Assembly: GCA_965262645.1 (NCBI GenBank)
Contig: CBDHFO010000017.1
Coordinates: 540,024 to 604,023 of the forward strand
Direction: 5' to 3'
DNA: 64,000 bases
From: Candidatus Marinacidobacterium sp.
GTDB lineage: Bacteria > Acidobacteriota > Vicinamibacteria > Marinacidobacterales > Marinacidobacteraceae
Under the pieces are notes generated by a model. It did not search any database and was not told where the DNA came from. It saw nothing but the letters and a program-made list of their open reading frames with translations. Within the stretch, counting starts at the first letter, position 1. Every line of letters starts with the position of its first letter. The position numbers were made by a program, and so were the translations under genes. Positions 19,712 through 29,282 of the stretch are shown here, piece after piece.

Positions 19712-20535
19712 GCGGCAAGCCCGGCGATGCGGATGGGGCCGAAGGTCTCGTCCTGACCCACCGAGATCCGGCGGCGGCGGGCCAGTTCCAGGACCGCGAG
19801 GAACGCGGCTACCAGGGTCCCGCGGTCCACGTTGCCTTCAATCACTTCAAAGAGCAGTTCCTCGAAGTCCTGCTCGAACCCGGGCGGCACCGCCGTCTCG
19901 ATGCGTCGGATCAGGACCGCCATGGAGATCCGGCGCTCGGGAAGCGGTACCCGGGGGCGCGACTTCGCCCGGACGACGACCCGCCGAAAAGCCTCGACCA
20001 CCGCGAAGAGGTCCACCTGCAGCAGACTTTCGATCTCGGAGCCTGCCGCATCGCCGTGGGCCGCGCCGTCCTCCACGAGTCCGAGGGTGGGCTGTCTGAC
20101 CCATACCGATCGGCGGGCTTCGAGGCTCTCCCGGAGCCGGCGGGCCGCGTCCCGATAGCGGGCGTAGTCCCGGAGGCGATCCTCCAGGTCGGCCAGCGGG
20201 TCCCCCTCCGCCCCCGTGGCGGCCGGGCTCGGCCGGGGGAGCAGGCGCCGCGCCTTGATGCGCAGCAGCGCGGTCGCCATCTTGAGGAATTCGGATCCCA
20301 CCCGGAGATCCAGCATCTCGAGGAGCTCGAGCGTCTCCAGGTACTGCCGGGTGATGGAAGCGATTTCGATCCGGAGCGGATCGGCCTGCCCCTCGCGCAC
20401 CATGCGGAGGAGCAGTTCGAGCGGACCGTCGAATCCGGCCTCGGCGGGCGAATCCTCGCCGCCGTCGAAGCGGAGGTGAAACCCCTGGCCGGGGGTCCCG
20501 AGTTCGGTCTCGGGTTGGTAGAGGACCGCTTTCAT
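19708..20535 (-). CDS. scpA: Segregation and condensation protein A
   Basis: 275 aa from the internal ATG (MKAVLYQPE...). Kleisin-like ScpA. 4-nt overlap with trpS upstream. Confidence 0.85.
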   Translation of the reverse strand: MKAVLYQPETELGTPGQGFHLRFDGGEDSPAEAGFDGPLELLLRMVREGQADPLRIEIASITRQYLETLELLEMLDLRVGSEFLKMATALLRIKARRLLPRPSPAATGAEGDPLADLEDRLRDYARYRDAARRLRESLEARRSVWVRQPTLGLVEDGAAHGDAAGSEIESLLQVDLFAVVEAFRRVVVRAKSRPRVPLPERRISMAVLIRRIETAVPPGFEQDFEELLFEVIEGNVDRGTLVAAFLAVLELARRRRISVGQDETFGPIRIAGLAA

Positions 20536-21551
20536 GCGACGGGCAAGCGAACCGCGGCGCGCACGCGTTCCATGGTGGCGCGGGCCACCTCCGACGCTTC
20601 CCGCCGGCCGGCGGCCAGCACGTCCCGCACGTCGTCGGGCCGCTTTTCGTATTCCTGCCGCCGCTCGCCGATCGGCGCGATCTCGGCGACCAGGTGGTCG
20701 GCCAGCGCGTTCTTGCACTGGATGCAACCGATCCCGGCCGAACGACAGCCCTCGGCCGCCCAACTCCGGGTCTTGTCGTCGGAGAAGATGCGGTGGAGAT
20801 CGAAAACGGGGCATTTCGCCGGGTCGCCGGGGTCGCGCAGCCGCTTCCTCGCCGGATCGGTCATCATCGTCCGCAGCTTCCCGCGGACGGCGGCCTCGTC
20901 CTCGGCGATCCCGATCACGTTCCCGTAGCTCTTGGACATCTTCCGCCCATCGGTACCCGGCAACCGCGGGGACGGAGTCAGGCGGACATCCGGCTCGGTG
21001 AGCACCGATCCGTAGATGGAGTTGAAGCGGCGGGCGATTTCCCGGGTCAACTCGACGTGGGGCTTCTGGTCCGCTCCCACGGGGACCACCGCGGCGTCGT
21101 ACATGAGAATGTCCGCCGCCTGCAGGACGGGATACCCCAGGAAGCCGTAGGTATGGAGGTCCTTTTCCTTCAGCTCCTTGATCAGCTCCTTGTAGGTGGG
21201 AACGCGCTCCAGCCAGCCGAGCGGGACGACCATCGACAGGAGCAGATGGAGTTCCGCGTGTTCGGGAACCTGCGACTGGATGAACAGGGTGCACCGTTTC
21301 GGATCGAGCCCCACCGCCAGCCAGTCCGTCGCGATCTCGAGCGTGCTCTTCCGGAGATCGCTGGTATCCCGGTAGTCGGTGGTCAGCGCGTGCCAGTCGA
21401 CGATGCAGTAGAAGGCGCTGAACTCGTCCTGCATCGCCACCCAGTTGCGGTAGGCCCCCACCAGGTGTCCCAGGTGGGAGGACCCGGTGGGCCTCATCCC
21501 GGAGAGGAGGCGCGGACGCCCGCTACGTGGTTTCGTATCCGTTTCTGTCAT
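20532..21551 (-). CDS. trpS: Tryptophan--tRNA ligase
   Basis: Class I aaRS. RPTGSSHLGHLVGA (HIGH-like), KMSKS motif present (GRKMSKSYGN). Confidence 0.9.
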   Translation of the reverse strand: MTETDTKPRSGRPRLLSGMRPTGSSHLGHLVGAYRNWVAMQDEFSAFYCIVDWHALTTDYRDTSDLRKSTLEIATDWLAVGLDPKRCTLFIQSQVPEHAELHLLLSMVVPLGWLERVPTYKELIKELKEKDLHTYGFLGYPVLQAADILMYDAAVVPVGADQKPHVELTREIARRFNSIYGSVLTEPDVRLTPSPRLPGTDGRKMSKSYGNVIGIAEDEAAVRGKLRTMMTDPARKRLRDPGDPAKCPVFDLHRIFSDDKTRSWAAEGCRSAGIGCIQCKNALADHLVAEIAPIGERRQEYEKRPDDVRDVLAAGRREASEVARATMERVRAAVRLPVA

Positions 21552-21747
21552 AAACAGCCTGTTCACGCGGTGTTCGACCGGCGATGCATCCCGCCTGAAC
21601 CGCGCCGCTTCGCGTCGCTCATCGTTGCGCTTCGGTCGAAATACACTCGGGCCAGTTCTCCCGGTGGGGGCTCCTCCCTCGCGCGCCTTGTCAGTCGGGC
21701 GCCTCACCGGTCTCGGCACTCGCGTCACTTTATCCACAGGCTGTTGA
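21551..21747. mobile_element. MITE (same TIR family), copy abutting the trpS start codon
   Basis: ataaACAGCCTGTTCAC...ttctcccggtgggggctcc...atCCACAGGCTGTTGA. Confidence 0.65.
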
Positions 21748-21758
21748 GCGTCGGCATT

Positions 21759-23591
21759 CTACGGGCCGCTCGGCACGCCGTCCGAACGAAGACGGGCGTG
21801 GAGCCGGGCCGCGAGCGCGGGGCCTACCGTTTCGGCGAGCTCCGCCTCGGAGGCCTCCTTGACCCGCCGGAGGCTGCCGAAGCGGCTCAGGAGCGCCTGA
21901 CGGCGCCGGGGGCCGATGCCGGGCACTCCGTCCAGGGCGGAGCGGAGCGTGGCGGCCCGGCGACTCTTGCGGTGGAAGGTGATCGCGAAACGGTGGGCCT
22001 CGTCGCGGGCTCTTTGGAGGAGCTGGAGCGCCGGGGAGTTCCGCGGAAGCCGGAGGGGTTCCGGAGCGCCGGGCAGAAAGATCTCCTCCTCGCGTTTGGC
22101 GAGGCCCGCGTGGGGAATGTGGGTGAGACCGAGGTCGTGGAGCGCGGAGGCGGCGGAACCGAGCTGGCCGCGCCCTCCGTCCACCAGGATCAAATCGGGA
22201 AGCTCCTGCCCCTCGGTGAGCACCCGCCGGTAGCGGCGGAGCACCACCTCGTGCATCGAGGCGTAGTCGTCGGGCTTTCCGGACACGCTGCGGATGCGGA
22301 ACCGCCGGTAGGCCGAAGGGAGCGGCTCTCCCCGCTCGAAAACCACCATGGACGCCACCACCTGACGTCCGCCCAGATTCGAAATGTCGAACGCTTCGAT
22401 GCGGCGGGGCTCGACGGAGAGTTGGAGCGCTTCCTGCAGGGCGCGGACCCGGGCGGCGGCCTTCCTGCCCGCTTCCCGGAAGTCGAGATCGAAGGCGAGA
22501 CGGGCGTTCCGGCAGACCAGATCCACCATCCGGCGGCGGGAGCCCTTCACGGGAACGTGGATCTCGACCCGGCCGCCGCGCTTTTCCGCGAGCCAGTCCG
22601 CGACCAGCTCGCGTTCGGGAAAATCGAGCGGCGATTCGATCCGCGGCGGAGGACGGCGCCCCAGCTCGTAGAACTGTTTCATCGACGCTTCCACGAGCCC
22701 GGCATCGTCCACCGGGGGCAGATCGGATAGCGAAAACGTATCCCGGTCCACCACTTTGCCGTTGCGGACCAGGAAAACCTGCAACTGGGCGCGATCGCCC
22801 TCCCGGTAGAGGCCGAACACGTCGCGGGTCTGCCCGTCGGCCGCGGCCATCTTCTGGCGGTCGTTCAGCTCGGCGAGGAGGCGCAGGCTGTCACGCAGGC
22901 GGCCGGCCTCTTCGAAGCGCTCCGCTTCGGCCTCCTCGCGCATCCGGCGGGTGAGCGAGGTGGAGAGTTCGGTCGTCCGTCCGAGCAGGAAGAGCCGGGC
23001 CGCTTCCGATGCCTCGCGGTACTTTTCGACCGAGCAGATGGAATCCACGCAAGGCGCGATGCAGCGGCGGATCTGGTGCTGAAGACAGGGGCGCGGACGC
23101 TTGCCGTTGAGTTGCTCGCGGCAGTTCCGGATGCCGAAGAGCCGGTGCACCAGACTCATGCTCCCGCGCGCGAGGCTCGCCGGGAAATACGGACCCGCGT
23201 AGGCGGCCCCGTCGGTGCCGGCGCCGCGCACGATGTGGACCCGCGGGTACTTCTCGTTCATGGTGAGCCGGACGAGCGGCGGGTTCTTGTCGTCCCGCAG
23301 CAGGATGTTGTAGCGGGGCCGGCGCGTCTTGATCAGGTTGTTCTCGAGCAGCAGGGCCTCGCGCGCGGAGTCGGTGAGCACCACCTCCACATCGGCAATC
23401 TGGGAGAGCAGGTTCCCCTTCCGGACGTCGGGTGGCGGAGTGCGGAGGTGCGACAGCACCCTGGCCCGCACCGAAGCGGCCTTGCCGACGTAGAGCGTCT
23501 TCCCCTCGGCGGAGCGAAAGAGATAGACCCCGGCGCTCTCCGGGAGGATGGCGATCTTGTTCTCAAGACCGGCAGGAAAACCGGCCGTCAT
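21759..23591 (-). CDS. uvrC: Excinuclease ABC subunit C
   Basis: 610 aa. GIY-YIG N-terminus (GVYLFRSAEGKTLYVGKA), UvrBC interaction region, C-terminal HhH. Confidence 0.95.
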   Translation of the reverse strand: MTAGFPAGLENKIAILPESAGVYLFRSAEGKTLYVGKAASVRARVLSHLRTPPPDVRKGNLLSQIADVEVVLTDSAREALLLENNLIKTRRPRYNILLRDDKNPPLVRLTMNEKYPRVHIVRGAGTDGAAYAGPYFPASLARGSMSLVHRLFGIRNCREQLNGKRPRPCLQHQIRRCIAPCVDSICSVEKYREASEAARLFLLGRTTELSTSLTRRMREEAEAERFEEAGRLRDSLRLLAELNDRQKMAAADGQTRDVFGLYREGDRAQLQVFLVRNGKVVDRDTFSLSDLPPVDDAGLVEASMKQFYELGRRPPPRIESPLDFPERELVADWLAEKRGGRVEIHVPVKGSRRRMVDLVCRNARLAFDLDFREAGRKAAARVRALQEALQLSVEPRRIEAFDISNLGGRQVVASMVVFERGEPLPSAYRRFRIRSVSGKPDDYASMHEVVLRRYRRVLTEGQELPDLILVDGGRGQLGSAASALHDLGLTHIPHAGLAKREEEIFLPGAPEPLRLPRNSPALQLLQRARDEAHRFAITFHRKSRRAATLRSALDGVPGIGPRRRQALLSRFGSLRRVKEASEAELAETVGPALAARLHARLRSDGVPSGP

Positions 23592-23629
23592 TCGGGGAAT
23601 TGTAGGATGCGCCGCCCAAAAGGATTTTC

Positions 23630-24601
23630 ATGCCCCGAGCCATCCGCATCCAGCAGCCCGGCGGACCCGAGGTGATGACCCTCGGCTCCGTCCCCGAGTC
23701 CGCGCCCGGTCCCGAAGACGCCCTCGTCCGGGTCGAAGCGGCCGGAGTCAATTTCATCGACACCTACCACCGCACCGGGCTCTACCCGGTCCCCACCCCG
23801 TTCACCCCCGGGGTGGAAGGCGCCGGCGTCGTGGAAGCCGTGGGGTCCGGCGTTTCGGACCTGTCGCCCGGGGACCGGGTCGGCTGGGTCATGCAATTGG
23901 GCAGCTACGCGGAGCAGGCCGTGCGGCCGGCGGCGAAGCTGGTCCGGCTTCCAGAGGGCGTGACGACCACGCAGGCCGCCGCCGCGCTCCTCCAGGGCAT
24001 GACCGCGCACTACCTCGTCCGCTCCACCTTCCGGGTGCAGTCGGGGATGCCGGTGCTGGTCCACGCTGCCGCTGGCGGAATGGGCCTGCTGCTCTGCCAG
24101 ATGTGCCGGGCGCTGGGAGCGCGGGTCTTCGGCACCGTCTCCACGGAAGCGAAGGCGCAGGCGGCGCGGGCCGCGGGCGCCGACCACGTGATCCGCTACA
24201 CCGAACAGGACTTCGCCGAGGCGATCCGCGAGGAACTCGGAGACGAGAAGCTCGCGGTCGCCTACGACTCGGTGGGGGAAACCACCTGGCGAAAGAGCCT
24301 CGGCCTCCTCCGGCCGCGGGGAATGCTCGTCCTCTACGGCCAGTCGTCCGGACCGGTCCCCCCGATCGACCCCCTGCTGCTTTCCCAAAACGGATCCCTC
24401 TTCATCACCCGGCCCACCCTGGGGGACTACGCCGCAACCCCGGACGAACTGAAGTGGCGCGCCGGGGAAGTCCTCGACAGCGTCGCCAGCGGCAAACTCA
24501 ACCTCACCATCGACCGGGAACTACCCCTAGCCCAAGCCGCCGAGGCCCACCGCCTCCTCGAGGGCCGCGCCACCACCGGCAAACTGATCCTCCGCCCGTA
24601 A
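23630..24601 (+). CDS. qor: NADPH:quinone oxidoreductase (zinc-binding MDR family)
   Basis: 323 aa. VEAAGVNFIDTYHRTGLY, AAGGMGLLLCQ Rossmann motif. Confidence 0.85.
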   Translation: MPRAIRIQQPGGPEVMTLGSVPESAPGPEDALVRVEAAGVNFIDTYHRTGLYPVPTPFTPGVEGAGVVEAVGSGVSDLSPGDRVGWVMQLGSYAEQAVRPAAKLVRLPEGVTTTQAAAALLQGMTAHYLVRSTFRVQSGMPVLVHAAAGGMGLLLCQMCRALGARVFGTVSTEAKAQAARAAGADHVIRYTEQDFAEAIREELGDEKLAVAYDSVGETTWRKSLGLLRPRGMLVLYGQSSGPVPPIDPLLLSQNGSLFITRPTLGDYAATPDELKWRAGEVLDSVASGKLNLTIDRELPLAQAAEAHRLLEGRATTGKLILRP

Positions 24602-24604
24602 GCG

Positions 24605-24880
24605 CGGACGGGAGAGACCGCCGGTCTTCGGACCGGTGAGGCGGCCCGCAGGCTGGGAAACCGCGGATCGCCAACCGCGAAGAAGCGCAGGAACGGCTTG
24701 GAACGCCGACCTCTGGTCGGCATCGCGCGGGAGCGCGAAACCAGCGCCGATGACACTGCGCTATGCCCACGTGAGTTACGGGCGGACCCGATCGAGAGGG
24801 TTTCTCCCGGTGGGGCCCGGCACCGTTGCCGGAGACGGACGAAACACCGACTGCCACTTACTGAGAGTTCAGAATAATGA
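24605..24880. repeat. Dispersed repeat (GGTCGGCATCGCGCGGGAGCGCGAAACC family, reverse orientation) plus AT-rich promoter/operator region of hipB-1
   Basis: Near-identical over about 110 bp to the reverse complement of 54660-54740. Contains the TTTCTCCCGGTGGGG motif. Confidence 0.6.
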
Positions 24881-24888
24881 ACTGAATC
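24866..24888. promoter_or_regulatory. Palindromic putative HipB operator (TTCAG-N9-CTGAA) in an AT-rich stretch upstream of hipB-1
   Basis: gagTTCAGaataatgaaCTGAAtcgg, immediately 5' of the hipB-like ORF in otherwise 70% GC DNA. Confidence 0.4.
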
Positions 24889-24916
24889 GGTTGTATTGTC
24901 CTATATTACATACCGT

Positions 24917-25258
24917 ATGCCATCAGACCGCGACGCCACGCTCCCCCTCCCCACCCTCCCCATGCTCCGTAAACTGGGCGCCGATCTCCGGGACGCCCGC
25001 CGGCGCCGCCGCATCCCAACGGCGCTGATGGCTGAACGCGCCATGTTCAGCCGCACAACTTTGCACCGAATCGAACGCGGCGACCCCGGGGTCGCGCTCG
25101 GCAACTACGCGCGCGTTCTCTTCGTGCTCGGCCTCCATCGGCGGCTCGGAGATCTGGCCGATCCGGGACAGGACGTCGTCGGGCTGGATCTGGAAGCAGA
25201 CCGGCTTCCCGAACGCATCCACCTGCGGGATCACCTGTTCGAGTCGGAGGGGTCCTGA
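24917..25258 (+). CDS. hipB: XRE-family HTH antitoxin (HipB-like), module 1
   Basis: HTH LRKLGADLRDARRRRRIPTALMAERAMFSRTTLHRIERGD. Stop overlaps the hipA-like start by 1 nt. The ORF could start at TTG 24896. Confidence 0.6.
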   Translation: MPSDRDATLPLPTLPMLRKLGADLRDARRRRRIPTALMAERAMFSRTTLHRIERGDPGVALGNYARVLFVLGLHRRLGDLADPGQDVVGLDLEADRLPERIHLRDHLFESEGS

Positions 25259-26523
25259 TGGACCGACGCGCGCTGGTGTATTCCGGCCGGAGCGACTTCA
25301 GCGGCTGGGTGGGACGGCTCTGGCTACGGGTGCGCGCAAATCGCGGAAGCGCTTCGTTCCAGTACGACCCGGGCTGGCTGCAACAGCCCGCCCGCTTTGC
25401 CCTGGATCCCACCCTGGAGCTGGGCGGCGGCGCCTATCACACGGAATCCGGAAGGCAGTTGTTCGGCGCCTTCGACGATTCCGCCCCCGACCGCTGGGGA
25501 CGCATGCTCCTGCGCCGCGCCGAACGGCGGGACGCACAAAGGGAAGGACGACTCCCGCGCGCCCTCTCCGAGGGCGATTTTCTGCTCGGGGTGGACGATG
25601 AAACGCGCCAAGGAGCCCTGCGCTTTCGGGAAACACCGGAAGGCCCCTTCCTCGCTCCCCCTTCCCCCACCCGCGTTCCGCCGCTCATGGAACTGCCCCG
25701 TCTGCTCGGCGCCGCCGACCGGGTCGCCGCCGAATCGGAAGACGATGACGATCTGCGACTGCTCCTCATGCCCGGTGCCTCGCTGGGCGGCGCACGGCCC
25801 AAGGCGTCGGTCCGGGACGGCGACGGGCGTCTTGCGTTCGCGAAATTCCCGAAGACCGATGACGAATGGAACGTCCCGCTATGGGAAGCGGTCGCGCTCA
25901 CGCTGGCCTCGCGGGCCGGGATCACCACTGCGAGCTGGCGTCTGGAGACCGTGAGCGGCCGCCGCGTGCTGGTCCTCCATCGGTTCGATCGCGAAGGCGG
26001 GCGCCGCATCCCGTTCCTCTCCGCCATGACGATGCTGGGAGCAACCGACCACGAGCCGCGCTCCTATCCCGAAATCGCCGAGGCCATTCGCCGTTTCGGC
26101 GCCGCTCCCGCCGCCGACCTGAAGGAACTCTGGCGGCGCATCGTGTTCACGGTGCTGATTTCGAACCGGGACGACCACCTGCGCAACCACGGATTCCTTC
26201 GCCCGGGAGACCGCGGCTGGCGCCTTTCCCCGGCCTACGACCTGAACGCCACCCCGGCGCATGCTGGCGGCCGGTTTCTCGCCACCGCCATCGTCGCAGA
26301 CGACACGCGCGCCTCGCTGGAACTCGCTTTCGAGACCGCTCGCTACTACGGGATTACACCTTCGGCAGCCCGCGAAATCGCCGCGGACGTCGCCGCGATG
26401 GTCAGCGGCTGGCGTAACGAGGCATCCCGGTTCGGCCTCCGCCGCAGCGAGCAGGAACTCATGGCTTCGGCCTTCGAGCACGAGGAGCTCGACCGCGCCC
26501 GGCGCTCTCCGACCCTTCTTTGA
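25258..26523 (+). CDS. hipA: HipA-family serine/threonine kinase toxin, module 1
   Basis: 421 aa. HipA N-terminal coupling domain, SLGGARPK (P-loop-like) and NRDDHLRNHG catalytic motif. Confidence 0.8.
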   Translation: MDRRALVYSGRSDFSGWVGRLWLRVRANRGSASFQYDPGWLQQPARFALDPTLELGGGAYHTESGRQLFGAFDDSAPDRWGRMLLRRAERRDAQREGRLPRALSEGDFLLGVDDETRQGALRFRETPEGPFLAPPSPTRVPPLMELPRLLGAADRVAAESEDDDDLRLLLMPGASLGGARPKASVRDGDGRLAFAKFPKTDDEWNVPLWEAVALTLASRAGITTASWRLETVSGRRVLVLHRFDREGGRRIPFLSAMTMLGATDHEPRSYPEIAEAIRRFGAAPAADLKELWRRIVFTVLISNRDDHLRNHGFLRPGDRGWRLSPAYDLNATPAHAGGRFLATAIVADDTRASLELAFETARYYGITPSAAREIAADVAAMVSGWRNEASRFGLRRSEQELMASAFEHEELDRARRSPTLL

Positions 26524-26620
26524 CCGGAGTTCGCTCCGGGATTGACCATGGCTCCGGCCGAATTGACCATGGCTTCGCCAAAACGGCCGCCGTCCGCCCG
26601 AGGGACGATCGGCGGCTTTG

Positions 26621-26690
26621 TCGTGGTTCGACGACAACACTAGAATGTCCATGACACGCGACAATTTAAAAATATCGTCGTTCGACGACA
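26621..26690. promoter_or_regulatory. Two 16-bp palindromic direct repeats (TCGTNGTTCGACGACA) in an AT-rich leader, putative HipB-2 operators
   Basis: TCGTGGTTCGACGACA and TCGTCGTTCGACGACA 54 bp apart, flanking tagaatgtccatgacacgcgacaatttaaaaata. Confidence 0.45.
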
Positions 26691-26708
26691 TACCAGAGGG
26701 GTTGATCC

Positions 26709-26975
26709 ATGTTCATTCGTTCCGCCCGCACCCTCGGGATGCTCCTGCGCGAGCAGCGACGGCGGCGAGGACTGACCCAGGCGCAGCTCGCCCACCGGGC
26801 GGGCGTCAGCCGCCAGTGGCTGAGTAGTCTCGAACGGGGCCGGGAAGGCGCTGAACTCGGCCGCGTGCTCCGAACGCTGGCGAGTGCCGGGATCGTCCTG
26901 AAGTTCGAGGAACAACCCAAGGCCGGTCTCGACCTGGACGCCATCATCGAGGCTCACCGGTCGGGGCCGGAATGA
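26709..26975 (+). CDS. hipB: XRE-family HTH antitoxin HipB, module 2
   Basis: 88 aa. LTQAQLAHRAGVSRQWLSSLERG. 4-nt overlap with hipA. Confidence 0.75.
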   Translation: MFIRSARTLGMLLREQRRRRGLTQAQLAHRAGVSRQWLSSLERGREGAELGRVLRTLASAGIVLKFEEQPKAGLDLDAIIEAHRSGPE

Positions 26976-28243
26976 CCGAACTCGCGGTGGTCGCGAACCG
27001 CCGGCTGCTGGGGACCGTGACCCGCTCTCCCGGCGGCGGCCTTTCCTTCGCCTACGAAGCGGCCTGGCGGCGAGATCCGGATGCCTTCCCGCTCTCGCTT
27101 TCGCTGCCGCTCAGGGCCGACCCGTTCCCCCGCGCCGCCGTCGAGCCGTGGCTCGCCGGCCTCCTCCCCGAAGACGAGGACGTGCTTCGCGCCTGGGGAG
27201 TCCGCTTTCAGGTCTCGCGGCGGAATGTATTCGGCCTGCTCGGCGAGGTGGGCGAGGACTGCGCGGGCGCCGTGCAGTTCGTGCGGCCGGAGCGGCTCGA
27301 CCGGGTGCTCGGCTCCGCCCCGCCGCCCGTCGAGTGGTTGACGACCGACGAGGTCGGGCTCCGGCTCGCCGACATCCGGTTCGACCCGGCGCTCAGCCGC
27401 CGCCCCGAAGACCCCGGACGGTTCTCCCTGCCGGGCGTCCAGCCGAAGACAGCGCTGCTCTTCGACGAGGGCCGGTGGGGACTCCCCGCCGGGGCGACCC
27501 CGACCACCCACATCCTGAAGCCGGAAAGCCGGCGGTTTCCCGGACTGGTCGAGAACGAGTGTCTCTGTCTGCGGCTCGCGCGCGCCGTTGGCCTCCCCGC
27601 CGCGACGAGCCGGACGGAGCGTTTCGGGGATCAGCTCGCGCTAGTGATAACCCGTTACGACCGCCGCAAACCCGGATCCGACTGGGTCCGCCTTCACCAG
27701 GAGGACTTCTGCCAGGCCCTCGGACTGCCACCGGAGCGGAAATACGAAAACGAAGGCGGCCCGACGGTGCGCGCGATGGTGGACCTCCTCCGCGCGGAGT
27801 CAACGAGGCCCGACGAGGATGTCCGCAACCTGACGCGCGCGGTGATGTTGAACTGGATACTCGGCGCCACGGATTCGCACGCGAAGAACTTCTCGCTGCT
27901 GATCGGCCGCGCCGGGCAGACCCGGCTGGCGCCGCTCTACGACATCGCGACTTTCCTTCCCTATGCAGAGGATCCGCGGAGGCTCAAACTCTCGAACCGG
28001 ATCGGCGGGGAGTACCGCGTCTACGGCATCGGCCGCCGCCAGTGGGAGCGCTTCCGCACCGAGAACGATCTCCCGTGGGACCCGGTGGCGACGTGCCGCG
28101 AGCTGGTTGGCCGGGTCCTGGACACTCTGCCCGCCGTGGTCTCCGACGCCCAGGCCGGTCCGGGCGACCGCCGGGTAATCGACGAACTCGCCGAGCGCTT
28201 GACGAACCGCGCCGAAGCCGCCCTCGTCCAGCTGCGGGATTGA
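26972..28243 (+). CDS. hipA: HipA kinase toxin, module 2
   Basis: 423 aa. FSLPGVQPK, GATDSHAKNFSLL. Canonical HipA N and C domains. Confidence 0.85.
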   Translation: MTELAVVANRRLLGTVTRSPGGGLSFAYEAAWRRDPDAFPLSLSLPLRADPFPRAAVEPWLAGLLPEDEDVLRAWGVRFQVSRRNVFGLLGEVGEDCAGAVQFVRPERLDRVLGSAPPPVEWLTTDEVGLRLADIRFDPALSRRPEDPGRFSLPGVQPKTALLFDEGRWGLPAGATPTTHILKPESRRFPGLVENECLCLRLARAVGLPAATSRTERFGDQLALVITRYDRRKPGSDWVRLHQEDFCQALGLPPERKYENEGGPTVRAMVDLLRAESTRPDEDVRNLTRAVMLNWILGATDSHAKNFSLLIGRAGQTRLAPLYDIATFLPYAEDPRRLKLSNRIGGEYRVYGIGRRQWERFRTENDLPWDPVATCRELVGRVLDTLPAVVSDAQAGPGDRRVIDELAERLTNRAEAALVQLRD

Positions 28244-28722
28244 CAAGGAGTTGACGGGAAGCCGGACAACGCCCGATACCAGGGACCGTGGAGCCACGCG
28301 CGGCTGGCGAATATCGGGGCATGATCCCGTGGGGATCGAGGCATGATGCGGCACCGGTCGACCCGTGATCCGCCTCGATATAGCCGCGTGATCGGATCGC
28401 GGCATCATCCGCTGACCATGCAATTACGCTACTGAGCAAGTTTGCTCAATGGGGTAATCAAGAGCTTGCGCATCCCGGCGCAGGGTGTAACTCTCCGAGC
28501 CGGTCTGTCTCCTGATCCGCCGTGTCGACGGCGGGCGATTGCAAGAGGGTGTCATGTTCGCGCGGACACCGGAGTAGCCATCGTCCCCCGAGCCAGTTCG
28601 CTGAACAGGGGTCTGACCGTCATCGTGGAGGACTTGTCCCATCTCGCGAAACCGAAGCATGAACCCACGACCGGACTTCGGGTCTGCCCGAATCGACAGT
28701 TGGCGGTAGGATCGGGGTTGCG

Positions 28723-28944
28723 ATGACCCGGCACTTGACCGCAATCGTCGAACGTGAGGGCGACGGCTACGTCGCCTTGTGCCCCGAAGTGGATGTCGCG
28801 AGCCAGGGAGACACCGTCGCCGAAGCCCGCGCCAATCTCAGGGAAGCGCTGACCCTGTTCTTCGAAACCGCCTCTGCGGAAGAACTCGACGGGCGCCTAC
28901 GCGGAGAGATCTACGTGACGCAGGTCGAGATCGCTGTTGGGTAG
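28723..28944 (+). CDS. hicB: HicB-family antitoxin (UPF0150)
   Basis: 73 aa. TAIVEREGDGYVALCPEVDVASQGDTVAEARANLREAL. Overlaps hicA by 8 nt. Confidence 0.75.
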   Translation: MTRHLTAIVEREGDGYVALCPEVDVASQGDTVAEARANLREALTLFFETASAEELDGRLRGEIYVTQVEIAVG

Positions 28945-29164
28945 GCTGCGCGTTCTTTCTGGCCGGGACGTCTGCCGCATCCTCGCCTCCCATGGTTTCG
29001 TGGAGGTGAGGAAGCGTGGCAGCCATGTGGTGGTCCAGAAGATCGAGGCCGGCAGCACAATCACGGTGCCGATTCCCGATCACCCGGAGTTACGCATCGG
29101 CACACTGCTGTCGATCATTCGGCAGTCCGGTGTCCCTCGGTCAGAGTTCGAACGCAGTTCCTAA
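28937..29164 (+). CDS. hicA: HicA mRNA-interferase toxin (YcfA-like)
   Basis: 75 aa. LASHGFVEVRKRGSHVVV...ITVPIPDHPELRIGTLLSIIRQSG. Confidence 0.8.
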   Translation: MGRLRVLSGRDVCRILASHGFVEVRKRGSHVVVQKIEAGSTITVPIPDHPELRIGTLLSIIRQSGVPRSEFERSS

Positions 29165-29282
29165 ACGACCGCCGCGACCAGGGCCCTGACGGCGCCCCAC
29201 TGCACAGGCCGATCCATCCAGACGCCAAGCTGCGCGGCCATTCCTAGAGTGTCCATTTCCTGAACCGTCTCGGTCTGGGCAG

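Noticed and set aside
20694-22730. 678-aa plus-strand ORF and similar long antisense ORFs (2133..3467, 7710..8861, 8889..10037, 15582..17114, 19492..20928, 42422..43039)
   Set aside because: All lie opposite well-supported genes (trpS/uvrC, the beta-lactamase-family gene, DUF5916, uvrA/DUF2090, scpA, PNPOx) and have no family resemblance. They are GC-driven open frames.
28244-28722. Possible structured RNA gene (SRP, tmRNA, RNase P, 6S) or small CDS in the 480-bp gap before hicB
   Set aside because: None of the conserved cores of those RNAs is present, and the two ORFs there (94 and 106 aa) are overlapping low-complexity frames. This region is kept only as part of the island finding (palindrome TGAGCAAgtTTGCTCA).
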